DNA from: Bacteroidota bacterium
GTDB lineage: Bacteria > Bacteroidota > Bacteroidia > Bacteroidales > JAAUTT01
Assembly (NCBI GenBank): GCA_023429135.1
Contig: JAEYWD010000115.1
Location: 74,471 to 138,470 of the forward strand
DNA: 64,000 nucleotides
Reading direction: 5' to 3'
Positions within the stretch are counted from its first letter, which is position 1. Each line of letters begins with the position of its first letter. This document shows, in pieces, positions 20,355 to 28,132 of this stretch. The translations under genes were made by a program, and so were the position numbers. Under the pieces are notes generated by a model, which made no database searches, was not told where the DNA came from, and saw only the letters and a program-made list of their open reading frames with translations.

Positions 20355-21110
20355 ATGTTAAACTGGATTATAGCTGGATTATGGGGGCTCCTTGCCGGCG
20401 GGGCTTTATTGATAGGGGCCATTGTTGGCTACTTTTTTAGAGTGTCATCGCGTATTAGTGCAGGATTTATGGCCTTTGGAAGCGGGGTTCTTATTTCTGC
20501 TCTGGCTTTCGATCTCGTTGAAGAAGCTTTTAAGACCGGGGGAATTATTTCGACAGTTTTGGGCTTTGCTGCTGGTGCCATTATTTTTACGGGAGCAAAT
20601 TATATTTTAACATTAAAAGGAGTTCAGCACAGAAAGCGATCGGGGAACCAGCAACCCGGTAAAGGCGAGGAGGGGAGTGGTTTGGCTCTTGCCATCGGTG
20701 CTTTAATTGATGGCATTCCCGAATCTATTGTTATTGGACTGAGTATGCTTAAAGGCGGATCGGTTAGTATGGTTGCCGTGATTGCAATTTTTCTGTCGAA
20801 TCTTCCCGAAGGACTTTCGAGTGCTGCCGGAATGAAAAAGTCGGGCAGGAAAGCCACTTATATTTTTGGCGTTTGGGGCGCAATTGCTTTTATTTCGGGC
20901 CTGGCTTCCATTGCAGGATTTACTTTATTCGAGAATTTGCCACCGGAAGTTGTTTCTGCTTCCATAGCACTTGCTGCCGGGGCTATCCTCGCAATGATTG
21001 TGGATACCATGATTCCTGAAGCTTTCGCAGAAACACATAATTTCGCCGGTCTGATTACGGTTATTGGGTTTCTGATTGCTTTTTATTTAAGTCAGGTAGC
21101 GGTCCTATAA
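20355..21110 (+). CDS. ZIP-family divalent metal transporter
   Basis: 251 aa polytopic membrane protein with ZIP signatures GIPESIVIGLS and FLSNLPEGLSSA. Confidence 0.85.
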   Translation: MLNWIIAGLWGLLAGGALLIGAIVGYFFRVSSRISAGFMAFGSGVLISALAFDLVEEAFKTGGIISTVLGFAAGAIIFTGANYILTLKGVQHRKRSGNQQPGKGEEGSGLALAIGALIDGIPESIVIGLSMLKGGSVSMVAVIAIFLSNLPEGLSSAAGMKKSGRKATYIFGVWGAIAFISGLASIAGFTLFENLPPEVVSASIALAAGAILAMIVDTMIPEAFAETHNFAGLITVIGFLIAFYLSQVAVL

Positions 21111-21599
21111 AGAATTATTTCTTCCATTCCAACCTCTTTTTAATTTATTCGGGCTGTATACGTAGCTATTGGGAAAAGATAAGTGTGAAATATACTCGTA
21201 TTTTTTTAGTAAGCAATTTTCAGAAATGTGGTTTGGGAATGATAAGTTACTTCAGGAATGATTTTGATTTTTAACTGAATTTTAATTTCATTGGAATTTG
21301 TGAAGTTAAGGTACTCAGGGCTTTTTTTCTTCCGTACAACGATTAGTTTTTACTAAAAATTTATAATTTAGCTCCTGACTGGCAGAACATAATTATACAA
21401 TTCCAGATAGAAGATTCAGATTTACCCGGGAGCCAAAGAGATTTATTGTATAATCCGTTTTTGCAAAAGCGAAGTAAAAATTGTACTTGAATCGTTAATA
21501 AATTAACATGCCTGCAACTCACTTTTTCCAATGTGCGCGTTCTCCCGATGCCGGGCACACTTCCAATTATCCGGTGCTTTGCTATTCAGAAAAATCCCT

Positions 21600-21878
21600 G
21601 GATACATTTTACACATGCAAAACGCTTCCTGGCTCCGGCCAGCCTGCAAATTACACGTGCAAAATACATGCTGGCGCTGGCCACCCCCATATTGAACAAT
21701 GCAAAACCTGCCTGGCTGCAGCCAGAATCAGATTTACCCGTGCAAAATGCTACCTGGCTGCAGCCAGATCGTTATTTACACGTGTAAAATGGCACCTGGC
21801 TTTAGCCAGCTTGGTATTGCACCGTGTAATTTCATCCTGGCTGCAGCCAGCATGGTATTGCACCTCGAGATTTGTATA
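21600..21878. repeat. Tandem array of about 6.5 units of a 41-42-bp repeat carrying two alternating 14-bp palindromes
   Basis: CTGGCTGCAGCCAG-type palindromes sit at 21629, 21671, 21712, 21754, 21796 and 21837 (spacings 42, 41, 42, 42, 41). TTACACGTGCAAAA-type elements lie midway between them; the best copy is TTTACACGTGTAAA at 21775-21788. A degenerate copy lies further left, near 21414. Confidence 0.85.
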
Positions 21879-22002
21879 AAAACCCTTTAAAACCAATAAA
21901 ATGTAATGCCTTTCATCAGGAATTTAACATCATGCTGCCGGGCGGCAGGGTCTTAAGCTCCTGATAACTTTCGAATATTTTAACTCCTAATTTTTTTTAA
22001 TT

Positions 22003-22752
22003 ATGATAGATGCCTTGAATTACAGATTGATTGAAAGCGACCAGTTATTAACTTTTGGAAAAGCTTTCAATCAGATTTTTGCAGGTTTCGACGAAACCCG
22101 CGATCCTTATATTCTCGCTCCTTTTGTAAAAAGATGTGTTACCACCTATACCGAGTTCAGCAAAGCCTTTGAACGCGAAGCTACCAACCCTTTTACAGGA
22201 AAACTCCGCGGCGCCGACTCGCAACGCGATGGTGCCTTCCTCGGTTACCGTAGTTTTATCGAAAGTTGCACTCACGACGATGATTCTGTCGTAAAGGAAG
22301 CTGCCGTGCGGTTACTCGCCGTAATAGTGAAGCATGGCTGGTCGGCACATAGCTTCGGTTATAAAAAGCAAACTGCGGCCATTACAAAAATCATTAACGA
22401 AACCCGCGACTTTTATCTTGCCGATGTTCAAACTGCCGGTGCCACAGCAAAGTTTAACCTGATGGAAACCCGCCAGACAGCTTTCGAAAAACTGCAAAAC
22501 GACAGTGTAACCCGCGAACCTTCGGGTTTACCAACGCTTTTGGAAACACGCCCCAATGTTATCTTCGCCATACGTAAGCTTATAAACGTTGTTGATTGTC
22601 ATTATAGCGAAAAGCCCGACGATGAACAGCTTAAAGGTTATGTGAATGCCATTAACGAGTTGATAACATTAACCATGAGCACCGCCCGTGCTGCGCAAAC
22701 CCGCGAGGAAAACCAAAAGAAAGATACAGGAACAAAGCCGCAGAGCGTTTGA
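22003..22752 (+). CDS. Hypothetical protein (predicted all-helical; possibly a Bacteroidota DUF family)
   Basis: 249 aa ORF with no signal peptide, no TM segment and no catalytic motif that I recognise. The C-terminus is low-complexity and charged. Confidence 0.55.
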   Translation: MIDALNYRLIESDQLLTFGKAFNQIFAGFDETRDPYILAPFVKRCVTTYTEFSKAFEREATNPFTGKLRGADSQRDGAFLGYRSFIESCTHDDDSVVKEAAVRLLAVIVKHGWSAHSFGYKKQTAAITKIINETRDFYLADVQTAGATAKFNLMETRQTAFEKLQNDSVTREPSGLPTLLETRPNVIFAIRKLINVVDCHYSEKPDDEQLKGYVNAINELITLTMSTARAAQTREENQKKDTGTKPQSV

Positions 22753-22758
22753 GTAAAG

Positions 22759-22782
22759 CGTTGTGCAAGCCCGGGCACAACG
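22759..22782 (+). terminator. Hairpin immediately after the hypothetical gene
   Basis: 8-bp stem CGTTGTGC (22759-22766) pairs with GCACAACG (22775-22782) around an 8-nt loop. No clear T-run follows. Confidence 0.35.
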
Positions 22783-23033
22783 CCCTAAATACAACAACCT
22801 CTACAAGGTTCTGGAAATCATTAGTCTCATTTAACCACAAATATGCAACCTCTACAAGGTTATTTTTGCCTTTTACACAAGCTCTGTAGTCCGACGAAGG
22901 GGAAATATATTTTTAATTCTGTTATTGTTGTCAATGTGATAAAACTCGTGTTTTTTACCACACACTCATAAAAAAACAGGAAATATTTCGTTGATGTTTG
23001 TTATTATAAATAAGTTTAGGACATGAATTTACT

Positions 23034-23041
23034 TATATTTG
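23034..23041 (+). promoter_or_regulatory. Candidate Bacteroidota -7 box upstream of kaiC
   Basis: TATATTTG matches TAnnTTTG and lies 67 nt upstream of the kaiC ATG. Confidence 0.35.
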
Positions 23042-23107
23042 TTTGTGAGACGATAAAAATGTAACCCGGAATGAAGTACATGCTTCCGTATTTTTTCTGA
23101 ATATATT

Positions 23108-24796
23108 ATGAATATAACCCGAAACAAACTACTTAAAGCTCCCACGGGAATACCCGGATTTGATGAAATTACCGGAGGAGGATTGCCGCAGGGCCGACCA
23201 ACCCTTGTATGTGGTGATGCCGGCTGCGGGAAAACACTTTTTTCCATGGAATTTCTTGTGCGTGGAGCTATGGAATTCAACGAACCAGGAGTATTTATGG
23301 CTTTTGAGGAAACTGAACAGGAACTTACAACCAACGTTTCTTCGCTTGGCTACGATCTCAACGATTTGGTTGCACGCAAATTATTGCTGCTCGACCATGT
23401 TCATGTTGAACGCAGCGAGATTGAAGAAACCGGCGAATACGACCTCGAAGGACTTTTTATCCGCCTTAATTTGGCAATAGACTCCATAAATGCAAAAAGA
23501 GTGGTACTGGATACCATTGAGTCTCTTTTTGCAGGTCTACCCAACGAGGCAATTCTGCGTGCCGAATTACGCCGTTTGTTCAGATGGCTTAAGGATAAGG
23601 GAGTTACCGTAATTATTACAGGCGAAAGAGGGAACGGAACCTACACACGCCATGGCCTCGAAGAGTATGTTTCCGATTGCGTAATCGTACTGGATCATCG
23701 TGTAACCAATCAAAGTTCTACCCGCAGGCTGCGGGTTGTTAAATACCGCGGATCAGCCCATGGTACCAACGAATATCCTTTCCTTATCGACAATACGGGT
23801 TTCTCAGTCCTTCCTATAACTTCGCTGGGTCTCGATCATCAGGTATCGTCCGAAAGAATTTCTTCCGGAATACCCGAGCTTGATGAAATGATGGGAGGCG
23901 AAGGATATTATGTTGGAAGCAGTGTTCTGGCTTCAGGTACCGCAGGTACCGGCAAAAGCAGCCTGGCTGCCCATCTGGTTCATGCCACATGTTCCCGGGG
24001 CGAAAAGGTTGTTTACTTTTCATTTGAAGAGTCTCCCAAACAAATTATGCGGAATATGCTTACAATCGGAATTGATATGGAGCCGTTTGTATCGGGAGGC
24101 CTGTTAAAATTTCATTCCACAAGACCTACTTTTTTTGGATTGGAGATGCACCTTACCGCAATGTATAAGGAAATACGCGATTTTAAGCCGTCGGTTGTAG
24201 TTGTGGATCCATTGAACAGTTTTGTTACTGGCGATAATGAGCTTGAAGCTAAGTCAGTTTCGATGCGACTGATCGATTATCTGAAAATGAATAAAATTAC
24301 AGGATTCTTTACAAGTCTTACCGCTGGAGGAAGTAACCTGGAAAGTACGGATATTTTCGTGTCATCATTAATCGATACCTGGATTCTTTTGCGCGATATA
24401 GAATCTGGAGGCGAGCGTAACCGTGGTATATACATTCTTAAATCGCGGGGTATGGCTCATTCGAACCAGATACGTGAGTTTATAGTTTCCAACAAAGGCA
24501 TTAAACTCGAGGATGTTTATGTAGGAATGGAAGGCGTGCTCACCGGTAGTGCCCGTATAGCCCAGGAATCGAGGGATGCTGCCGAGCATGAACTTTTGCA
24601 GCAGGAAATTGAACAGAAAAAATTTGTACTGGACCGGAAGCGACAGGCACTTTTGGCACAAATAGAATCCATGAAAACTGAATTTGAAGCTGAAGAATCG
24701 GAAATATTAAAAGGTATTGAATCAGAAAACAAGCAACTCGAGCGTTTTCATGAAAACAGAAAGCGAATGGCTCAAAGCCGCGGTGGTGAAAAATAA
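23108..24796 (+). CDS. kaiC: Circadian-clock-type ATPase/autokinase KaiC homolog with C-terminal extension
   Basis: 562 aa with duplicated RecA/KaiC domains. Walker A motifs GDAGCGKT and GTAGTGKS. Catalytic EE pairs MAFEE and [17 protein letters not shown] aligns by eye with cyanobacterial HISTITDTIILL. Also [16 protein letters not shown]. The tail is charged and heptad-like. Confidence 0.93.
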   Translation: MNITRNKLLKAPTGIPGFDEITGGGLPQGRPTLVCGDAGCGKTLFSMEFLVRGAMEFNEPGVFMAFEETEQELTTNVSSLGYDLNDLVARKLLLLDHVHVERSEIEETGEYDLEGLFIRLNLAIDSINAKRVVLDTIESLFAGLPNEAILRAELRRLFRWLKDKGVTVIITGERGNGTYTRHGLEEYVSDCVIVLDHRVTNQSSTRRLRVVKYRGSAHGTNEYPFLIDNTGFSVLPITSLGLDHQVSSERISSGIPELDEMMGGEGYYVGSSVLASGTAGTGKSSLAAHLVHATCSRGEKVVYFSFEESPKQIMRNMLTIGIDMEPFVSGGLLKFHSTRPTFFGLEMHLTAMYKEIRDFKPSVVVVDPLNSFVTGDNELEAKSVSMRLIDYLKMNKITGFFTSLTAGGSNLESTDIFVSSLIDTWILLRDIESGGERNRGIYILKSRGMAHSNQIREFIVSNKGIKLEDVYVGMEGVLTGSARIAQESRDAAEHELLQQEIEQKKFVLDRKRQALLAQIESMKTEFEAEESEILKGIESENKQLERFHENRKRMAQSRGGEK

Positions 24797-24807
24797 AAAT
24801 TTGTACA

Positions 24808-25128
24808 ATGATAAATCAAGATGACTTTAACGATAATCTAACTGAAGATGCCTGGATATTGAGGTTATATGTGGCAGGACAAACTCCCAAATGTTTACTT
24901 GCCTTTGCAAATTTGAAGAAGATTTGCGAAACTCAATTAAAAGGTAAATATAAAATAGAAGTGATTGACCTTCTTGTAAATCCTCAACTCAGCAAGGACG
25001 ATCAGATTCTTGCTATTCCTACACTGGTTCGAAAGTTACCCGTTCCCGTCAGGAAAATAATTGGAGATCTTTCGAATACCGAAAAGGTATTGGTGGGTTT
25101 GGACCTTATGCACAATAGAAATAATTAA
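24808..25128 (+). CDS. kaiB: KaiB (copy 1)
   Basis: 106 aa. Motifs [75 protein letters not shown]. Confidence 0.93.
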   Translation: MINQDDFNDNLTEDAWILRLYVAGQTPKCLLAFANLKKICETQLKGKYKIEVIDLLVNPQLSKDDQILAIPTLVRKLPVPVRKIIGDLSNTEKVLVGLDLMHNRNN

Positions 25129-25132
25129 AAGT

Positions 25133-25474
25133 ATGGATGAATCGGTAACACCTCGGTTTTCGACTGATGACTTTGAAGACCCGGCTAGAAAAACAGATGG
25201 TGAAAAATTTATACTCCGGCTGTATGTTACCGGCTCTACACCTCAATCTATCAGGGCTATAGGAAATATTCAAAAGATTTGCGAAGAAAACCTTCCCGGA
25301 AATTATAACCTGGAGGTTATTAATTTATACGAAAACCCCGAAATGGCTAAAACCGAACAAATAATAGCAGCGCCTACCCTCGTTAAACAATTGCCTTTGC
25401 CTTTGCGGCGTATTATTGGCGATCTTTCCGATTCTGAAAAGGTTTTGGTGGGTCTCGGCCTCAGGGTTATGTAA
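25133..25474 (+). CDS. kaiB: KaiB (copy 2)
   Basis: 113 aa from the ATG at 25133. Motifs LRLYVTGSTPQSIRAIGNIQKICE, LEVINLYENPEMAKTEQIIAAPTLVKQLPLPLRRIIGDLSDSEKVLVGLGL. The listed longer ORF start (25061) overlaps kaiB1. Confidence 0.9.
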   Translation: MDESVTPRFSTDDFEDPARKTDGEKFILRLYVTGSTPQSIRAIGNIQKICEENLPGNYNLEVINLYENPEMAKTEQIIAAPTLVKQLPLPLRRIIGDLSDSEKVLVGLGLRVM

Positions 25475-25489
25475 CATAAAAAATTAAGT

Positions 25490-26782
25490 ATGCCGGAATC
25501 TATCCAGCAAGATGTTTTGCTCGAAAACGAACAATTGAAGGCCCGTCTGGCCGAAACAGAAGCCACACTCGAAGCCATAAGGAACGGGGAGGTGGACGCT
25601 ATTGTCGTTTCGGGAAAGGACGGAGATAAAATATTTACACTTACCTCAGCCGAAACTCCATACCGTATTATTATCGAAGAAATGGAGGAAGGAGCCGTTA
25701 CCGTATCCGACGAGGGCATTATTCTTTTCTGTAACCGCAGGTTCTCGCAAATGATTGGTCAGCCAATGAGTCAGATCATTGGAAAGAGATATGTTGAGTT
25801 TCTCGAAATATGCGAGCATGAAAAATTTGGTATTATGCTCCGCGAAGCCATCAACGGAAGAATAAAAGATGAAATTACCCGATTGGATAAATATGGCGAG
25901 TTGTTTTACTTTCATATTTCTATGTGTGCCCTTCCTGAAGGTATGCTTGGTAAAGCTTGTATTATTGTAACCGATATCACCGAATTAAAAAAACACCAGC
26001 AAAATCTCGAATCCCTCGTAATGGAACGAACTGCCGAAATTAATAAGGCAAATCTTGAGCTGGGTGAATTGAATTCTACTAAGGATAAGTTGTTTTCTAT
26101 TATTGCGCACGATTTGCGGGGGCCGTTTACAAGCTTACTTGGGTTCACCGATCTGCTAATCGAAAATCTGGATAAATACGATCGTCAAAAATTCGAACAA
26201 ATTGTAATGCATATAAGCAAGGCTGCTAAAAATGCTTTCTCGTTGCTCGAAAATCTTTTATTGTGGGCCCGGTCGCAAAACAATCAAATGCTATTTACAC
26301 CCCGAACAACCAACTTGTTTAATGTTACCCGTGATGTTATTCTTAGCTTAACATCACTTGGTTCTATTAAAAATATCAGGATGATTAACAAGGTTCCCGG
26401 AGAATTAAAAGCTTATGCCGATATAAATATGCTAACTGCTATTCTCAGGAATCTGATATCGAATGCAATAAAGTTCAGTAATTCTGGCGGTGAGGTCGAA
26501 ATTGAAGCTCTTTCAACCGGGTATGCAGTTGAAATTTCGATTAAAGACAATGGCATAGGAATGAACGAAGAAATTAGAAACAGTCTGTTTCAAACCATAA
26601 GCAATAATACACGTGCAGGTACGGCAAATGAAAAAGGTACCGGACTTGGATTGATGATTTGTAAGGAGTTTATCGACAAACATCATGGGAAAATCTGGCT
26701 GGAGAGCGAAGTTGGCAAAGGAACCAAATTTACTTTCAGTCTGCCTTTTACAGTCACTTCGACAAGCTCAGTGACCGACTAG
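25490..26782 (+). CDS. PAS-domain sensor histidine kinase (Kai-associated output-kinase candidate)
   Basis: 430 aa. N-terminal coiled coil, a PAS region (GAVTVSDEGIILFCNRRFSQMIG ... VTDITELK), HisKA H-box FSIIAHDLRGPFTSLLGF, and HATPase boxes ISNAIKFS, DNGIGM, GTGLGLMICK. It starts 15 nt after kaiB2. Confidence 0.9.
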   Translation: MPESIQQDVLLENEQLKARLAETEATLEAIRNGEVDAIVVSGKDGDKIFTLTSAETPYRIIIEEMEEGAVTVSDEGIILFCNRRFSQMIGQPMSQIIGKRYVEFLEICEHEKFGIMLREAINGRIKDEITRLDKYGELFYFHISMCALPEGMLGKACIIVTDITELKKHQQNLESLVMERTAEINKANLELGELNSTKDKLFSIIAHDLRGPFTSLLGFTDLLIENLDKYDRQKFEQIVMHISKAAKNAFSLLENLLLWARSQNNQMLFTPRTTNLFNVTRDVILSLTSLGSIKNIRMINKVPGELKAYADINMLTAILRNLISNAIKFSNSGGEVEIEALSTGYAVEISIKDNGIGMNEEIRNSLFQTISNNTRAGTANEKGTGLGLMICKEFIDKHHGKIWLESEVGKGTKFTFSLPFTVTSTSSVTD

Positions 26783-27249
26783 AGGCTCAGTGACCGAAAC
26801 GTGGTCGTTAAGCTTGTCGAAACGTAAAATTGAAGAAAACACTATTGCCCGTTAGAATATTGGTTCCATTATCGCAATAAAATGGTGGTTCTATTTGTAA
26901 ACCGGAACCAGCACCGGGTATAAGCTTTTTAAGAGGTATAATAATAACTGATAATTGGGCTCTATGTTCGATTGAGGCGTTGGAGTTATAAATTATTCAG
27001 TCTTTAATATCACCATAATTTTATCCCGACTGTTTATTTTATTGAATTAGGCACATGATGAATAGAAATGGTTTTCAATAAACCCAGAGGGTTTAAATGT
27101 TTATAGCTAATTAGAGGAAGAAATATTCGACCCCGGCTGGGGGCGCACTAAAATCCTACTCTCATGTTTCTATAAACATTTGATACCTCCGGTATCATTC
27201 AGCATTAATTAAGAGCCAAATTCAATTATTTTATTAAAAGGCTATTTTA

Positions 27250-27963
27250 ATGACTGCATTCTCCGAACCGGCACAATTCAGATTATTAAAGTTTTGCTCC
27301 TGGTTTATGTTCAATAATAACACCAAGGATGCAATCAAAATCTTTAAAAACGATCTGGCAAAAATTTCGTCGCTTGATGCATTAAAGGTATTCACCTGGA
27401 TGGCGCAAAGCGATTATAACATTCAAACAGTTTCAAATAAAATTGATAAGCTTACAAGTATTTTTTTCAAACCTCTGAAAAATGATTTGAAACCTTTTCC
27501 CAGCAAACATTTTCTGATTTCTTATCATTACGAAAATTTTGTTTTGCTGAAACGGATGGAGGAAATGAGGCCAAAGTTGAGAGAGATATTAAAGAACCAT
27601 GATCCCTCCATGTTATCCGAATTTCAGAAGTTTGCGGATACTTTGAAGAATCATGTCATGCAATTTCAAAGGTTGGAGGTTCATGTTTTCCCGCTTTTTG
27701 AAAGAGTACTTCCGCAATATGGTGCATTTTATCGTTTCGAAAGGATGTTTCACAACGATTTTAAGCAAATGTTAAGGGATATTGAATACTTGTTTACCAT
27801 ACAGCCATTTAATTATGCGAATTTTAACCAGTTGGTAGGATGTTTGTATTTTCGTCTAAGTTTAAGGCTTTATCGCGAAAATCTCATTCTTTTTCCGGTG
27901 GGCTGTCAGTTTATTCATTCCAGATTTTACCAGTTAACCTTCGTAAAGGAGTATTTTGAATGA
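27250..27963 (+). CDS. Hypothetical helical protein (weak hemerythrin/DUF438-like resemblance)
   Basis: 237 aa. His/Glu-containing helical motifs (HVMQFQRLEVHVFPLFERV, FERMFHNDFKQM) resemble the HHE-type H..xE..lFP pattern. The assignment is tentative. Confidence 0.45.
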   Translation: MTAFSEPAQFRLLKFCSWFMFNNNTKDAIKIFKNDLAKISSLDALKVFTWMAQSDYNIQTVSNKIDKLTSIFFKPLKNDLKPFPSKHFLISYHYENFVLLKRMEEMRPKLREILKNHDPSMLSEFQKFADTLKNHVMQFQRLEVHVFPLFERVLPQYGAFYRFERMFHNDFKQMLRDIEYLFTIQPFNYANFNQLVGCLYFRLSLRLYRENLILFPVGCQFIHSRFYQLTFVKEYFE

Positions 27964-28063
27964 TAAATGAAAAGAGAGGATCGTAGTTTTTGCGATCTTC
28001 CCAGATCGAGTTGACTTACAAATTCAGCTCAGCGTTTTAGCTTATAAACTAAGTTGTACGCTA

Positions 28064-28084
28064 GGCGGAATTTGCAATTCCGCC
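28064..28084. terminator. Hairpin between convergent genes (27250..27963 and mcp3)
   Basis: Perfect 9-bp stem GGCGGAATT / AATTCCGCC with loop TGC. The flanks are only moderately T/A-rich. Confidence 0.4.
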
Positions 28085-28132
28085 ATAAATTGTCTTTTCA
28101 CACAACCTCTTTTTAGATATTCTGTGGAGCGC

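Noticed and set aside
21600-21878. Possible CRISPR array.
   Set aside because: The period is only 41-42 bp and the whole unit repeats. There are no unique spacers between repeats, and no cas genes occur anywhere in the window.
21508-21890. Three overlapping plus-strand ORFs (21508-21879, 21533-21787, 21699-21890) and a minus-strand ORF (21361-21558) lie across the repeat array.
   Set aside because: All three forward frames are open only because the 42-bp unit (14 codons) lacks stops. The translations are periodic low-complexity strings, and no frame is favoured. This is best read as non-coding repeat DNA.
26758-26821. An 11-bp inverted repeat (TTCGACAAGCT / AGCTTGTCGAA) and a 13-bp direct repeat (GCTCAGTGACCGA, two copies) straddle the stop codon of the Kai-associated kinase.
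   Set aside because: This is probably just a terminator-like structure overlapping the gene end. No T-run follows and there is no further context, so it is not reported as a feature.
27126-27147. tRNA gene suggested by the TTCGACCCCGGCTGGGGGCGCA T-arm/acceptor-like sequence.
   Set aside because: No complementary 5' acceptor strand, D-arm or anticodon arm can be found in the preceding 80 nt on either strand. At most it is a fragment; see the corresponding finding.
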